Assembly: GCA_001244265.2 (NCBI GenBank)
Contig: CDLV01000012.1
Coordinates: forward strand, 248,001-312,000
Reading direction: 5' to 3'
Length of the DNA stretch: 64,000 nucleotides
From: Microbotryum violaceum
Taxonomy: Eukaryota
Below the pieces are notes generated by a model. It was given only the letters and a program-made list of their open reading frames with translations, searched no databases and had not been told where the DNA came from. This document shows positions 1 through 13,852 of this stretch, one piece after another. A program made the position numbers and the translations under genes. How positions within the stretch are numbered: the stretch's first letter is position 1; every line of letters begins with the position of its first letter.

Positions 1-2300
1 GCGCAGGTGCAGGAATGAGTAAGGGGGGGGGGGGGGACTAGGCGATACATACTGGCTTGGAGGGGTGCGACGCTTCCTCAGTTTCGCCTCTCGCAATCAT
101 GCGCTGCAGATACGACGAGTATCCGATAACATTGCATCGAATTAGCTCCTCGAGTAAGAGCCTAATCTCGGCGTCCTCATCGCCAGCTTTCCTCGCCCCA
201 CCGGTTCGGGCACCTGAATCGATCCAGTCGATGAAGACTCGCTCGATGTCGACGCGAGGTTGTTCGTCCATGTCCATGTTTTGCTTCTCCATAGCAATCA
301 AGGCAGCAGCAGCGTATCGCCTGTATGGGCCTGCCCGATCCCCGCACGTCGCCCAGGTGAACATCAGGGGCAGTTCGACCTGCAAACCACGCTTTCTCCG
401 ACGCTTGTGGAACAGAGACTTGTGAACCTGCGCCAAGAGCGTCGGAAAAGCGATGGAATCAAGCAACTGGATCGTTTCGTTGTCGTCGGGCTCGGAGGAG
501 TCCTCATCTTCAGTTCCTTTTGACGCCGCCTCTGACCGAACCTTGAGATCGGACATGTCGGCTCGCACCATTTGCATTAATACGGGATCCTCAAGGCCGT
601 CCAATAGCTTCGTCAAGGAGGAAGCGTACTGCGACCACAATGGTGCAGCTATGAATGCATCCGGTAATGCTACAAATGTTGATTGGATCAACGAGGTGAG
701 CGTTGATATTGTCGCGGAATAGATCGAGGTTGGTGTAGTTAACGACCAAAGGCTGTCCAGCCGCGCGAAGCAAGCCGCTATAAGTCGAGCAGAGAGAGGT
801 TCGGATAAGAGGAATTCGCCCAGGTATTCCTCGGCAAGGAAGAGGGCGAAGGGAAGTTGACCAATGTTGGAGGAGTCGATCTGATTGACCAAGAAGCGGA
901 GGAAAGAGTCGCTGTCGAGTAGATGCTCCTCGTGCAGAGCTTCGAGCAGTCGGAGACTGTGGGCAGCGGCGGGTCGGCTCGAGATTCCCATTCTCACTTT
1001 CGTTCATACGAACAACGAGACTCACGTGTAGGAGAACTTTGTGGTCCAGACATTCCTCAGATTAGTGTCCAACATGACGGGCTGCTTGGCCTGAGCTTTG
1101 GCACTGAGGCTCGTCCGCAGAGGATGCGTAACCGTGGTCGGTGAGGTCAAACTGGCTGCAGGTGCCTCATCAGTGGTAATCTCGGCAAGCTGCTTGCGCA
1201 CAAACTCTTGCACGATCAGAGTCCATTCCAGAGTATAAGAGGCAACTGCACTGGGTGCGCTTGCTGGTCGTTTCGCGATGTTGTTTTGCTGCAGGGATGA
1301 GTATGACGATGAGGTCAGGCCCATGTCATCAGATCCGTTCAAAGTAAGGCAAATTTGCTCACTATCTCGAGTGCACCGAACGCTCTGACGAACCAAATCG
1401 CTCTCGAGAATGGCACCTTCTTGGAGTAGAACATCTCGAGGATTTGTTGTCCACGGTAGCCGTGCGGCACGATCGAGAAGAGTTTGGAAAGGGGCACGGC
1501 TGGATTGGACAAGTCGGTGAACCATTGCTCCCGCTTGGTATCGGTGACAATATTGCGTTTGGGAAGCTTGAAGGACGGAGGACTAATTGAGGAAGGATAC
1601 ACAAAACATACCATTTACGATGAACGGTAAGTGGCTCGGACCGGTGAGTATGAGAGGAGAGACGAACGACGCACCCGTAGGTGGGGACCAGTTGCTGGGC
1701 CCTGTCCCTGACGGCGTTCGACAAGCGAGATAAATTGCCCAAGATGTCTTCGGATTTGAGCTTTTCGTAGATGAGCTGATGAGCCGAGAAGGTCTCGGTC
1801 TGTGGCATTACACAAGTTCGTACGACGTCATGATGACGGGGTGATCAGCACAAGGCCATCGGTCGTACCGACGTGTTGCACTTGGGGGTCAAGGCGCCGA
1901 GCCGACATACCTGCACGACGTTTTTGCCCCCAAATCCCGTTTTGACGGCGGTTTCGGTCAGTTGGTCCTCCTCTTGTCCGTCGCACGGTGCGTAGAACTG
2001 AGGGTAGATCGAGGTCGACGCAGCAGCTGCTGCTGCTGCTGCTGATGAGCTCGAGCTCGAGGTCGAAGCTCCTCCTGGTCCACTTCCACTTCCAGCTCCT
2101 CCAGCAGGTAGCCAAGGTGGTCGCCATGAAGGCGGTTCAAGGCGATACCTAGTCAGACCATGTTGGCGCAGCACGTGGTCGAGCGGGCATGGCTGGAACC
2201 GATGCGCGTTGATCGGGGGCAACGCCGAGTTGGGATTCTGGGTCGGCGTCGGTGGTAAGGACGAGGGCAAGTGGCCACGACTTCCCAGCCGAGTTGCCAT
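1..2300 (-). CDS. MED12: Mediator subunit Med12/Srb8, multi-exon, continues past the left window edge
   Basis: Exon at ~1370-1600 encodes FKLPKRNIVTDTKREQWFTDLSNPAVPLSKL...VPHGYRG...KVPFSRAIWFVRAFGALE, the Med12 domain signature. ATG at 2300 (MATRLGSRGH); GT-AG introns. Confidence 0.88.
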
Positions 2301-2685
2301 CGTTCGAGAAGAGCGACTAGCCTCCGATCCAACGAGCCTGAGAAGAGAAAAGGGGAGAGGAAGAGAGGGGGAGAGGGGAGAGGGAGAAAAGGAGAAAGGG
2401 AGACGTCGGTCGTCGGTCGCACGAGCCAAGGGAGAAGAGAAGAGAAATTGAGCTCGAGCTCGAGTGTGGGGTTCAGCCCGACTGTGAGCGCTGTGAGCTA
2501 CAGGGAGTGCCTGAGCTGGCCAGCCGGCAGCCGGCAGCCGCCCGCCGCGCCCGGCCGAGGTGCCGTTGACGTAATCGAAGCCGAGCCTGCTCTCCTTTCC
2601 ACCCCCACTCTCGCTCTTTGAACCTCCTGTCCCGCGCATTGCGTCGTACGCGCACTACCCCAGTCCCACCAGGTCACTCGGCACC

Positions 2686-4577
2686 ATGTTCCGCCCCACC
2701 GCGATCCGCTCCATCCTGCGGCCGACCTCGAGGCTGCTCTACGCCGAAGCCACCTCGTCGTCGTCCTCATCTGCAAACTACCCGGCCTTGCAGCCCCACG
2801 CGCATTCGTTACCCGTAGATGGCTTCGTCGGAGCGATCGGCAACACGCCCTTGATCAGGATCAGCTCGCTCAGCGAAGAGACCGGATGCGAGATTCTCGG
2901 CAAGGTACGCCCAGTCTATTGATAGCTTGTCTGCTCATTGTTCAGTCCGCGTCGAATGCCGTCGCTTACTACTCAATGCGGCCACGGTACGACTTATCTA
3001 AACTTACCTTCCGCCCAGGCCGAGTTTACGAACCCCGGAGGAAGTGTCAAGGACCGAGCTGCGTTGGGACTGGTGCAATGGGCAGAGAAGCAAGGTGGGT
3101 ACATCTTGAGCAAAATGAAGACGGGCCCGTCGTGGGCCTGGGTCGACGGCCACATCGGCCCAGCCGCTCACGTGACATGACATGATTCTCTGCAGGTCTC
3201 ATTAAGCCCGGTGGAACGATCGTCGAAGGAACGGCTGGAAACACCGGGATAGGATTGGCGTGCGTGCCATCCACCCTGATTATACCGTCGAACGTCGTCT
3301 CTTTGCGTCACCGAGACTGAACTAGCTATCTCGACCCATCCGTGCAGACACGTCTGCCGAGCTCGAGGCTACAAGTGTGTCATTTACATGCCCAACGCAA
3401 GTCCGCCAATGTGAGACGATATGTCCGTATCGAACATATTGCCTAATCGTGGCTCCAATCAACACACCTACAGACCCAATCGCAGGAAAAGATTGACCTG
3501 TTGCGCATGCTCGGTGCAGAAGTCTATCCGGTCCCTCGTGAGCACAAGCTGCACGTGTTCTGGCAAAATGCCCATATGTTGACCGTGCATATTCCCTCAA
3601 TAAAGCCGTTGCATTCGAGAACCCTGAGAACTACAACCATCGTAGGCTTACTAGCGCTTGGCACGAGGCCCCGTGCCGCAGCTAACGTCCGAGTTGATAC
3701 CATTTTTTTCCGCAGAGGCAAAGCGCCATGCCGAGCGACTCGACAATGCTGCCTGGTGGGTTGACCATAGCGTGATTTGAGGCACTTACTGTTGAACTCG
3801 TACTGATTCTAACTTTACGGCCTTGCGCGCAGGGTGAACCAATTCGAGTTCGTCACCCGCCTCCATTGATCACCCAAGTGGAGGAAGCTGACTTGTTGCC
3901 ATGATTGATCTGTCAGCAATTACCACGGTAACCGACAAGCCCACATTGACACGACCGGTCCCGAAATTTGGGAGCAAACCCGTCTCCTCCCTGGCGGTCT
4001 GCAAGCCTTCATCTGCTCCACCGGAACCGGCGGAACGCTCGCCGGCATTACTCGAATCCTCAAGGAGAAATCCGAGGGCAAAGTTCAATGCTGGCTCGCC
4101 GACCCTCCAGGCTCGTGTTTGGAATCTTTTATCAACCGAGGAACGCTCGATCGTGTTGGAGGCAGTATCACAGAAGGGATTGGACAGGGGCGAGTGACCG
4201 ATAACCTCAAGCAGGACATCGACTTGCTCGATGGGGCCTTGTTCATCCCCGACGAAGAGACGATCAGAATGATTTACCATCTGTTGGACAAGGACGGTTT
4301 GTACTTTGGCGCTTCGACCGCGCTCAATGTTGTCGCCGCCAAGAAGCTCGCGCAAAAACTCGGCAAGGGGTCCCGAGTCGTCACCGTCCTCTGCGACGGC
4401 GCTTACAGGTGCGTTGTAGTAGCGAGGAAAAGTATTTCCCTTGTCACGCACATGTCTGATCCATCTCGAAAACGCTGCAGGTATCAATCTCGTCTCTTCT
4501 CAAAGAAGTGGCTCGAATCAAAGGGCCTCCTCAAGGAAATCCCCGACCACTTGCAGAAATACGTGGTGCTCGAATAG
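2686..4577 (+). CDS. Cysteine synthase (O-acetylserine sulfhydrylase, PLP-dependent), probable mitochondrial presequence
   Basis: Spliced motifs [23 protein letters not shown] (PLP lysine), [41 protein letters not shown]-rich N-terminus; includes a GC-AG intron (3397-3473) and a 15-nt exon. Confidence 0.93.
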
Positions 4578-4734
4578 AGGGATCCTGTTTGCCAATCAAA
4601 ATTTTGAAGAATTCAAGGGAAAGGAAAAGCAGAGATTGCATTGCGGATTTACAGATTTCTTCGGTAGGGCAAGTCCGTCACACGAAAGAAAGAGGACATA
4701 GCTGTCCACGAAAGCACAATGTTGGCCTCTGGGT

Positions 4735-7700
4735 TCACGGATGTTGTGAAGTGGGTGCATACGAGCTCGGAGGCCGCGAATACTGGGAGGGGTACTGCTG
4801 CGGATAATGCTGAGGGTGCTGCTGCTGCTGCATACTCTGGTGGAGGTGCGGGTACTGCGGTTGCGGTAGTGGGGCCGAGGAGGAAGACAAAAACGGTGCC
4901 GGTGGCTGCCCGTGCCCATTGCTGTATCCACCGCGGTTACTGTAGTCACGATTGTTCGATGTCGATGACAAGGGGGGGTAGTGGGAGTGATGACTTCGAT
5001 CATGATCATTGGGCCGATAGTCTCGAGAACGGTCTTGGCTTCCGCCGCCGTACCCGTTGGAGTAGGAGCTCGTCGAATATGGTTCTCGCCCCCGCTCGCG
5101 ATCATAAGGCCTAGACGGAGGGTACGACGACGACGAGGAAGCCTGATACAAAGAGTGGTGCGACTGCGATTGCTGGTGAAGTTGTGGGCTACGATGTCCA
5201 CCATTGGTCGCGCGAGGGATCGTCGGCAGCGAAGCGACCGAACTCGGGGTCGCTGAAGGACGCGAACCAGAGCCGCTTTCTGACAGTCTCGGCTTCTTGT
5301 GATTCGGATCGTCGTCTGTCGACTTGCGTTTGATCGAGGGCAGACCCCCACTGGCAGGAGGGTGTGGCTGGGTGGAAGGGGCCGAGGTTGCTGCCGGTGC
5401 GTTCGAAGTCCGGCCTGTCAATTTCTCGTACATTGATCGAAGGCGATCGGTCTGAACCCTCCGAGGGAAGAAATGGGTCGTCCATTTCCCTGTGATGTAG
5501 GCAAAAATCTAAATCAGTGATACTGCATCGAGCCGAGTCGATCCCGCGGAGAAATAAAGGGCTCACAGAGGTGCTTGCGACGCTTCTCCGTGCTGCGACT
5601 TGATTCCTCGAGGTTCGCAGTGTATTCAATCCGCTGACCAATCGCCGAAAGGCACTCCTTGAGGTGCGCAACCTTTTCGTCGCGTGAGTAGTCTTGCGTA
5701 TCCAACTTGAGCCGCTTGAGCTCACGCTTTACGGGTCGCAGGAGATCTTTGCACTCGGCCTCGTCCATACTCGCGTAGACAGAGTCATCGTCAGAACTGG
5801 AATCGGGTGCTACAGGTTTCTTCGACTTCGAGGACGACGAGGTTGACCCCTTGTGTGGCTTGGGGATTTTCGACGACGCGGTTCCCACGCTGTCTCGTAT
5901 GCGATCCCCAGCTGCAATCTTGGGGCGAGGTGCTCCGGCTGATTTCGCCAGCAGAGACGTCGACGACAAATCACCACCTTGTCGGGTGGCTAGATGCGTC
6001 TCGAGCAGGAGATGAAGTAGATAGTCGGCGCGACGGACGAGATGGATCGCATTGGGCAGTTGCCGCTTCGCGCTGTCCTCGGCTTTGATCTTAGCATCCT
6101 CGAGGAAGAACTTGCCCTCTAAGCCCAATTGTGGATCGTTCTCGATCGCTTCCCACATCCCATGCCCGTGGCGCCAGACTCCGATCATCAACTTGGCGTC
6201 GTCGGCGACTGCCCACTCGCAATTCCAGTTAAGCGTCGCTTTGGTGTCTTCGATCGGGAACACCCACGCAGAGGGGTCGGGCAAAGGGTTGAGATCTGTT
6301 TAAGCAACTGTTCTTTAGCTATCAGGCCCACAAAATAGCAAGCACTGCTAAATCACTTGCATTGGTGCAATAGCCTGAGCTCAGCCGCGCGCTGCAACAC
6401 CGTCTCGGCGTTGATGTTCGTGATAGACCTGTACGACACAAGCACTGCCTTGTTTTTCATCGCCACAGTGACCTCCTCACCCGCCAACCGTCTCGTCTCA
6501 AGCAATAGCCGTTTCTCTTCGATCGCATCCTTGCAAATCTTGACCACGTCGTCAATCATCTGCGTCACGACCGTGCGGTTCTTGTTCTCGAGTCGAGCAT
6601 CTTTGACGATCGCGTCGTACCGATGTCGAATGTCGCCGAACCTCTGCAAAGCTCGCACAAGCATGCGCAAATCACGATCCTTGAGCTCCATCGCTCGCTG
6701 CGCCTCGGTCTTGCGAGGGCCCCGCTTCTTCTTCTCTCCTTCACCCTTCACCGAATCCTTGTCCGAATCAGGCGACGAGCTCCGTGAATCTGCTCGGGAG
6801 CCTTGTTGGCCTTGGTACGCTCCAGGTGCGACTTGGGCTGCCGCCCTCCGTTGTGTTTGCGCCGCGATCGCCGCTTCCGTTTCTTCCTTGACGCGCTGCT
6901 CGTCGGCCTCGGCACGGATATCGGCGGGAATGATGTCTTCCCACGACGTCATGTCGGCTTTGACGTCCTGTACCGCAAATTGATTGAGAAACTCTTCGCC
7001 GCCGAGTGAGGTCCCCGTTGCTCCCGTGGCGGTCTCGTACGCTTCGGCTTCATTGATGACTTCGTCGAGATCCATCTCTTCGAGCTTGGTTTGACCGGCA
7101 TCCTGTTTGAAGATGTTAGCTGCTCCAAATTTGAGAATCTGAGATAGCTCGTCGCGCGTGTAGTTGTCCGGTCGCGAAGATGCGGCGGCGCCAAGATTCG
7201 TACCACTCGTGTCCATCTGGTTGACGACTGCGCACGTGAACGGATTGGTGTCAGCCCACATACACCGGACACAAAACAGACATATCGTAGAGCAAACCTA
7301 CTAGCATATTCAAGCACCATCTTTTTCCTAGCTCTTTCCAACACATCCTCCTCGACTGTATCCTTGGTCACGAACCGATAAACGTTGACATGCGATTTCT
7401 GCCCGATACGATGAGCGCGAGCCATGGCTTGCAGATCGTTCTGCGGGTTCCAATCGCTGTCAAAGATGACGACGGTGTCGGCGGTTTCCAAGTTGATACC
7501 TAGGCCACCGGCGCGGGTCGAGAGCAGAAAGACGAAATCGGGGGACTCGGGCGCGTTGTAGTGCTCGATGGCCTTGCGACGCGTCTCGGATGGCACGGTG
7601 CCGTCCAGCCGTTGGTACAAATAGCCTCGAAGAGCACAATAGTCGGACAAGATGTCGCTGAAGAACAACAAGAATGATCGATCGTCAGCAAGTACGACCC

Positions 7701-10700
7701 CGAAAAGAAGTAGGCTCCGAGTCCACTCACAGCATTCGAACCATCTGGCTGAACACGAGGACACGATGTCCATCCGCCTTCAACCTTGCCAGCAACTTGT
7801 CGAGCAGAACCATCTTGCCACTGTTCATCACCAGCCCTTTGAGTGTCTCCTCCCTGACATCCGACCTGATCTCGGCGCCTTCAAAAAGGAACGGATGGTT
7901 CGACGCCTTTTTCAGCTCCATCGCGATGTTGAGCAACGACACACTCGGGTTCGAGCTGCTCAATGCCTGGTAGTTGCGGGTCAAGATATTTTTGTACCAC
8001 CACATTTGCATCGTGGACATCTCCACGCGGAGGATGCGTTCGCTCTTGGTCGGTAGTTCCTTGATGACGTCGCGCTTGAGTCGACGTAACATGATCGATT
8101 CGAGCTTGCCGTGCAGGTCGCGGATCTTTTCCTCCTTCTCCTCGTCGTTGAGATCGAAATCGCCCGCGAGTTCAAACTTGTCCGGCGAAAGGAAGTGCAT
8201 CAACGCGAGAAGTTCTGTAGACCGCTCCCGCCAAATTATCAACAGGCCCACGCGCGGTCAGTGCGATTAGGCAGCCACAGCCAGTACGGACCTTTGACGT
8301 TGTTCTGGAGCGGTGTCCCCGTGATGAGCAGTTTCGCAGCCGCGCTAAAGCTCATGAGGGCTTCATAAAGCTGCGACTCGTTGTTCTTGAGTCGATGCGC
8401 TTCATCAATCGCCATGTACTGCCACTTAAGCGCGCCCAGGTCCGACTTGTCCTTAAGCACGAACTCGTACGTCGTCAGCAAGACGTTGAAGTTGGGCTTG
8501 CGACGATCGCCAAACTCGTGATCGCGGATCGTCTTACGACTTGGCCCGTTCCCCATGTAAGCGATAACGTTCAGATCGGGGGACCAATGTGCCAGCTGCA
8601 TCTGCCATGCCGGCAGCGTCGACAGAGGAACGACAACCAGGAAGGGTCCGTACTGCTGTCGTTCGTGGAAGAGGTATGACAGGAACGAACATGTCTGCAC
8701 CGTTTTCCCAAGTCCCATTTCGTCGGCTAAAATACCATTCTCGCCCCTCGACCACAGGTACGCGAGCCAATTGAGCCCCGTCATCTGGAACTCCTTCAGC
8801 GTGCCGCCTTGAATATAATCGGGTTGCTCGACCAGTTTCCTGAACGGCGGTCTTGATTTGCCGTAGTGCGTGCTTTTGTGAGGTAGATGTGCTGATCCAA
8901 CGCGTTCGAGGAAGGACTCTATTGCTGGCGCAGCGATCGACCGAACGGTGTCGTGGTCTTCCCATGTGCACTCCGAGTAAGCCAAACCCCACCACTTGCA
9001 AAGGTATTCCAGGTGTTCATGATCGATGTCGGCATTGGCGGGGGCGCTGCGTTGCGCCACGATGCGCTCGACCCGCTTGTACCCTTCCAGCTGCTCGGCC
9101 TGACGCTCCCTCTCGATCTCCAGGGCTTCGAGGTCCTCGCGGTTGGTGGCCGGGTCGTTGAGGATGCGCTGGCGGAGCGCCCACACCGTCTTGATGAAAT
9201 TTTCGACGCGCTTGAAGCCCTTGAAACGTTTCAGGTATTCGTAGGTCTCCCAGGTGTTGTGAATGTGTGAATAACCCTGCCACTTGACCAGGAACCGCAG
9301 ATTTCGACTCGGCTCATCTTCAGGATCGTCCTCTGTTTCAAGACAGCCGAAATCTGTGATTAGAGAAAGGCTGCACAAAATATGAAGACCGACCACGCTA
9401 GCACTGACCATGTTCGCCGTCCCTCTTGTATGAGAACACACCATCGATACCGTCTTCGTCGTCTAGAGGCGACAGCGGCAACGGAAAAGCTCAGTTCACG
9501 GCTCGCGACCACCTCGGTTCTTGATAGCACGACTCCTTGACTCACTTTTCCCTTGAATCACATAGCCGCGCCCCACATCAAAGTCATCGTCACTCAAGTC
9601 AACTCCCATGTGCTTCTCGTTGTAGTTTGGTAGCACTTTTCCATTCCTCGACGAGATCCTCGGCATGTTAAAGTCCGAAGTCGATCTCCCCTTCCCCTTG
9701 GAAGCCTTGGTGCTCTTGCTTGTCGTTCTCCTCGAGGTGTGTGCCGTGATTCGAGTCGGCTGTTTTTTCTTGGTGGTGTAACCCTTGTCGTTCTCATCGT
9801 CTTCCTCGGATGATGACGACGACGACGACGAGCTGGCCGACTGGTCCTCGGAGGTGCTTGCAATGCGAGACGTGCTGGAGATTGCTTGGCCTGAACCCCA
9901 ATCAAGGCCAAGACGCAAAAGTAGGGCGAATTGATGAGCAGCGTTCAGTGGTGGTGGTGGTTATATCAACATACCTTTCCCTCTATTGCTCCGACTCGGT
10001 GGCTCGGCACTGGACGAATCCTCGTCGTCGCCGTGGACCTGCACAGAGACGATCTTTCGGCGGATGAGCAACGCGGCTCAGACTCTATTTGGGGATGAAA
10101 GCTGATTGACCTTGATTGGCAGTGATGCGCGGCCCTGTAGGTAAGCAAAGCAAAGTCTCAAGTTCAGTGACAAGTTCTCGCAACGGAGAGGGGTCAGATC
10201 CCGGAGCGAGGGCTTCGGAGTTGGAGGGGTTCCACTTTGGGGCGCCGGCGTTACACTGGCGCGGGCGGCGGAGTACGGCCGAGCACGAGGCAGAAGAGAC
10301 AGAAACAAGGAGCACTGACCGATCTTCTGACGCCATACAATTCAGGATCATAGTCTTCGGGTAAATCAAGTCTTCGGGTTGGTTTCTGACCGCCCGTGGT
10401 CAGCCCGAGAGTCGAAGCCGACGTCGTAGCTCGAGACCGGTCCCTTTCCCCGTGTCCTCCATCGTCATCGTCGTCGTCGTCGTTGTCGTTGTCGTCCTCG
10501 TCCTCGTCGTCCTCATCATCTTCATCGCCGTCATCATCACCCTCCTCGCTTTCATTGATTGAGAGATCTTCATCGTCGTCGTCAATGCTCATGTTGCTAT
10601 GCCCGTCTTGTGGTGCCATACTCGCCAAAGTCGGAATCGGCTGAGGCGCGCCGACAAGAACCGACGAGGAAGACGAGGCGGTCGGCGCTGCTGCTGCTAC

Positions 10701-10784
10701 TGCATTCGGCGGCACCTCCACCCCGCCAGATACGAGTGGCACGGGCGGCGTCGGTGGCCCAGCAGGCAGTGGTTCCACCTGCAT
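4735..10784 (-). CDS. CHD1: Chromodomain helicase DNA-binding protein 1 (SNF2-family remodeller)
   Basis: Two chromodomains ([32 protein letters not shown]), [70 protein letters not shown]-like region and C-terminal helical domain. Confidence 0.96.
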
Positions 10785-11723
10785 GTTCGTAGCCAAGTCG
10801 AGTCGTGATATAATTAGACCGACGTCGTGTGCAGTGTGGCCTACCGGTTACAAGCTCCCAAGCTGCAGGTCGTCGTCGACTGATCGGTCGCTGGTCCGGC
10901 ACTCGTGGGCGGCCGATCGCGTTGAATTGAGCCGCTCCTGCTCGCTGAGGCGCCTTCACGTTTCGGAAAAATGCTAGGGCTAAAGGGTCGATCTGGCCGA
11001 GACACAGTCGGTGTAGAAAGACCTGGTATCCAGAAGATCGAGCCCGGCGAGGGAGATGGGGGGTTCAGAGCAGAGAACAGGCTAGCAGCTGCCACGAGAG
11101 CCAGGGCATTTTCGAAAAGGTCCGGGACAAGCAGGGACAAGCGCGCCTCAACCAGTGAGCAGCCCCGCTCGACGACAGCTTTGCGTCCTCCAGTGGCACC
11201 CGACAGTTGCGGTCTAGGCCGGGATTCAATACCTCCACGCTTTGGCGGGCCGTAGTTTGGGTAGCGGATGCAACAATGCACGAAGCACAGGTCGTAAAAC
11301 AAAAGGGAGCAGCGAGGCGAGGCCCTGATTTGAGAACTCCGAGGAACGAGCAAAAGAAGGCTACAATAGCAACCCTCGAGCCGTCACTGGCGCCGCATCC
11401 TTGGAGAAATTCAGATGTTACAGGCATCGGCGGACCGCAAACACGCAGGGACACTGAACTGGGCGGGGTTTGGTATCCAGAGACGCCGCCAAAGAGAGAG
11501 GGGAACGGAGAGGGGTGGAGTGGAAAGGGGATTACACAATTAAACACGATACCGCAACTCAAGGTGGAGGCTCGGCGCAGGATGTCGTAGCTTGGGAGGA
11601 AGACGAGTGTGGAAAGCTATAGGATCCATGAGTGAGTCAAAGGGATGGCGATAGTGCGACAACAGGGAACGACGAGCGCTGTTTTGTGGAGTCGAGGAAG
11701 GCGGTCGGAAGAGCCGGACCCGA

Positions 11724-13852
11724 TCAAGCCGTGACCTCGTCTTGAGGTGCGGTGGTGGCGGCGTCGTTCGCGGGAGAGGCATCGGCAGCTTGTGTGGTAG
11801 CAGATCCGTTGGTACCGTTGGTCTCGGTGACACCCTCCATCTTGTCTTTGTATTCTTCGGCGGGCCCGCTCGAGTCGTTTGGTGTTTCTGTCGAGGCGGC
11901 GGCGAGCTCCTTGTGCTCCTCGGATTTGGCCGTACCGTCTTCTTTAGGCGTGGCTTGGCCAGACGGGTCGATGAGCGAGGCCCACTTCTGTGCGAGAGCG
12001 GTTGATCGTTCACGGAACTTGTGCGTCTCCTCGTCCGGGATCTGGTTCGGGTTGAGGAGTACGATACGCTTCAGCACTTTGGCAAGCTTCGATTCCTGCG
12101 CGAGCGCCAAAGCCAAGCAATAATTAGTTCTCCGACATGATCAAAGCAAGAGAGAAGGAAGAGTGCCGAGGGATCGTAGCACACACAGCGAGCCATTCGC
12201 GCTTCATGTCGAATGTCTCCATCGCGTCAAAGTACTCGCGGCACTTTGGCATCTCCTGTGGGTCAAAATGTGGGACCATGAGTTCGATAGGTTGACGAGG
12301 GTTAGGAATGGTGACTATGCTGTAATGACTGACATCGGCGTTCAGAGGGACTTCGTTTTTGTTGCTGAGAAAGACTTTTTGCAGCTTGTGGCGCCAATCG
12401 CGAACCTGCTTCAAGCCGGGATCGTCGACCTCGACGGCTGGGGTTGAGGGCGAAAAGGGTCAACTAAGCCAATATTCCGAGATGCTGGACCATGGCTTGG
12501 AACTCACGCGCAGGGGCGGGAGTCGGCTTGGACTTCTTCGAGGGAGGTGCGGCCTCGGCTTCTTCCTTCTCGGCCTTTTTGGTCGATTTGGGAGGCGCCT
12601 GAGGGGGGTGATCAGATATCCGGGAAAAAAAAATCAGCGTTCAACGACCCGTCAACCGTGTGAGAAACATGAGGGTGCGTTCGATTCAGCACATCCGCGT
12701 GCATGAATAGTTGTGATGTACGCACCCGGGTCTTGGCCAACTTCTCCAGCTTGGCCTTTTTCGCCTTCTTGTCCTCGACGGGATCCTTCTTGGCAGCAAC
12801 GGCCTTGCGCTTCTTCGTCGCAGCCTTGCCCTTGCTACCGCTAGCCTCATCCGCACTCGCGAGCATGTCCTCGTCATCATAGGCCGCGACGGCGTTGGCC
12901 TCGTCCTCTCGCATCTTCAACCATGAGCTCGGGTCTTTGGCGATTTTGTAGGCTTCGAGCAGGTCACCCTTCGTCTTGCTCGACGACGAGACGTAGGTAT
13001 CGATCTCGTCCTTGGTGAGGGACGAAATATCGCGCGGAGCAGTCCAGGCACTGTGGAACGATGCAAACAGGACCAAGTTCAGCCACAGCACGAGCTTGAT
13101 CGTGCGTTGGGAGGCCGACTGCTCCACGCGTCGTCGGCGATGACGCGATGACGGGCGCTGAGCTGGAAAGCGGTTCCTCGGGGAGGCCGACGTACTAGTC
13201 ACCTGTCGGGAAGAAGCGAACGAGGTAGGTCTTGGACTTGGGAGGCTGCTGGCTGCGAACATTGACAGGCGCGTCCTTGCCGTCGGTGATCTGTGATGAT
13301 GCAAGGCCATGTGGTCGAAGCGCGTAGGATCGACGAGGTCGAGGGCCGGATGAGCCGAGGCAACCGACAAAGTGAACGATGGGCGAGACGCGCGTCAAGG
13401 CGGAGGGAGAGGGGGAGGGGGGCAACAGTCAGCAATGGGCTCGCTGTCTCGACGACTACATGCCTCGCGAGTCTCTGGAAGAGATCACCCAAGTTGCAGG
13501 ATGCAATCGGGCGAGGTGCAACGATGCACGGCGTGCTGCCAGGGCCACTGGTCGCCGCGCCAGGTCGCGCCAGTCGCCGTGACATCCTGCGACAAGGGGC
13601 AGGGACGCCGTGCGTTGGGAGCATGGAATGGGATCTTACCTGACCAGGCCACGATGGGTATCCCTTGATCTTGGCGAGCACCTACAAGTGCCAGTGATCG
13701 AGCGCGAAGAGGGAATCGGTCGCACCGGGAGAGCGCGTCAGTCTCGATCCGACACCCACACCCGGACCAACGGGAGACGGCACGCGACGACATACAATAT
13801 CACCCGGCGTGTACGACTTGTCCACTGACGGAGCGGCACCTTTCTTGGACAT
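11724..13852 (-). CDS. PWWP-domain chromatin protein with C-terminal helical bundle
   Basis: Spliced N-terminus MSKKGAAPSVDKSYTPGDI/VLAKIKGYPSWPGQ ... YLVRFFPTGDY/AWT ... LLEAYKIA; C-terminal VRDWRHKLQKVFL ... SKLAKVLKRI. Confidence 0.85.
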
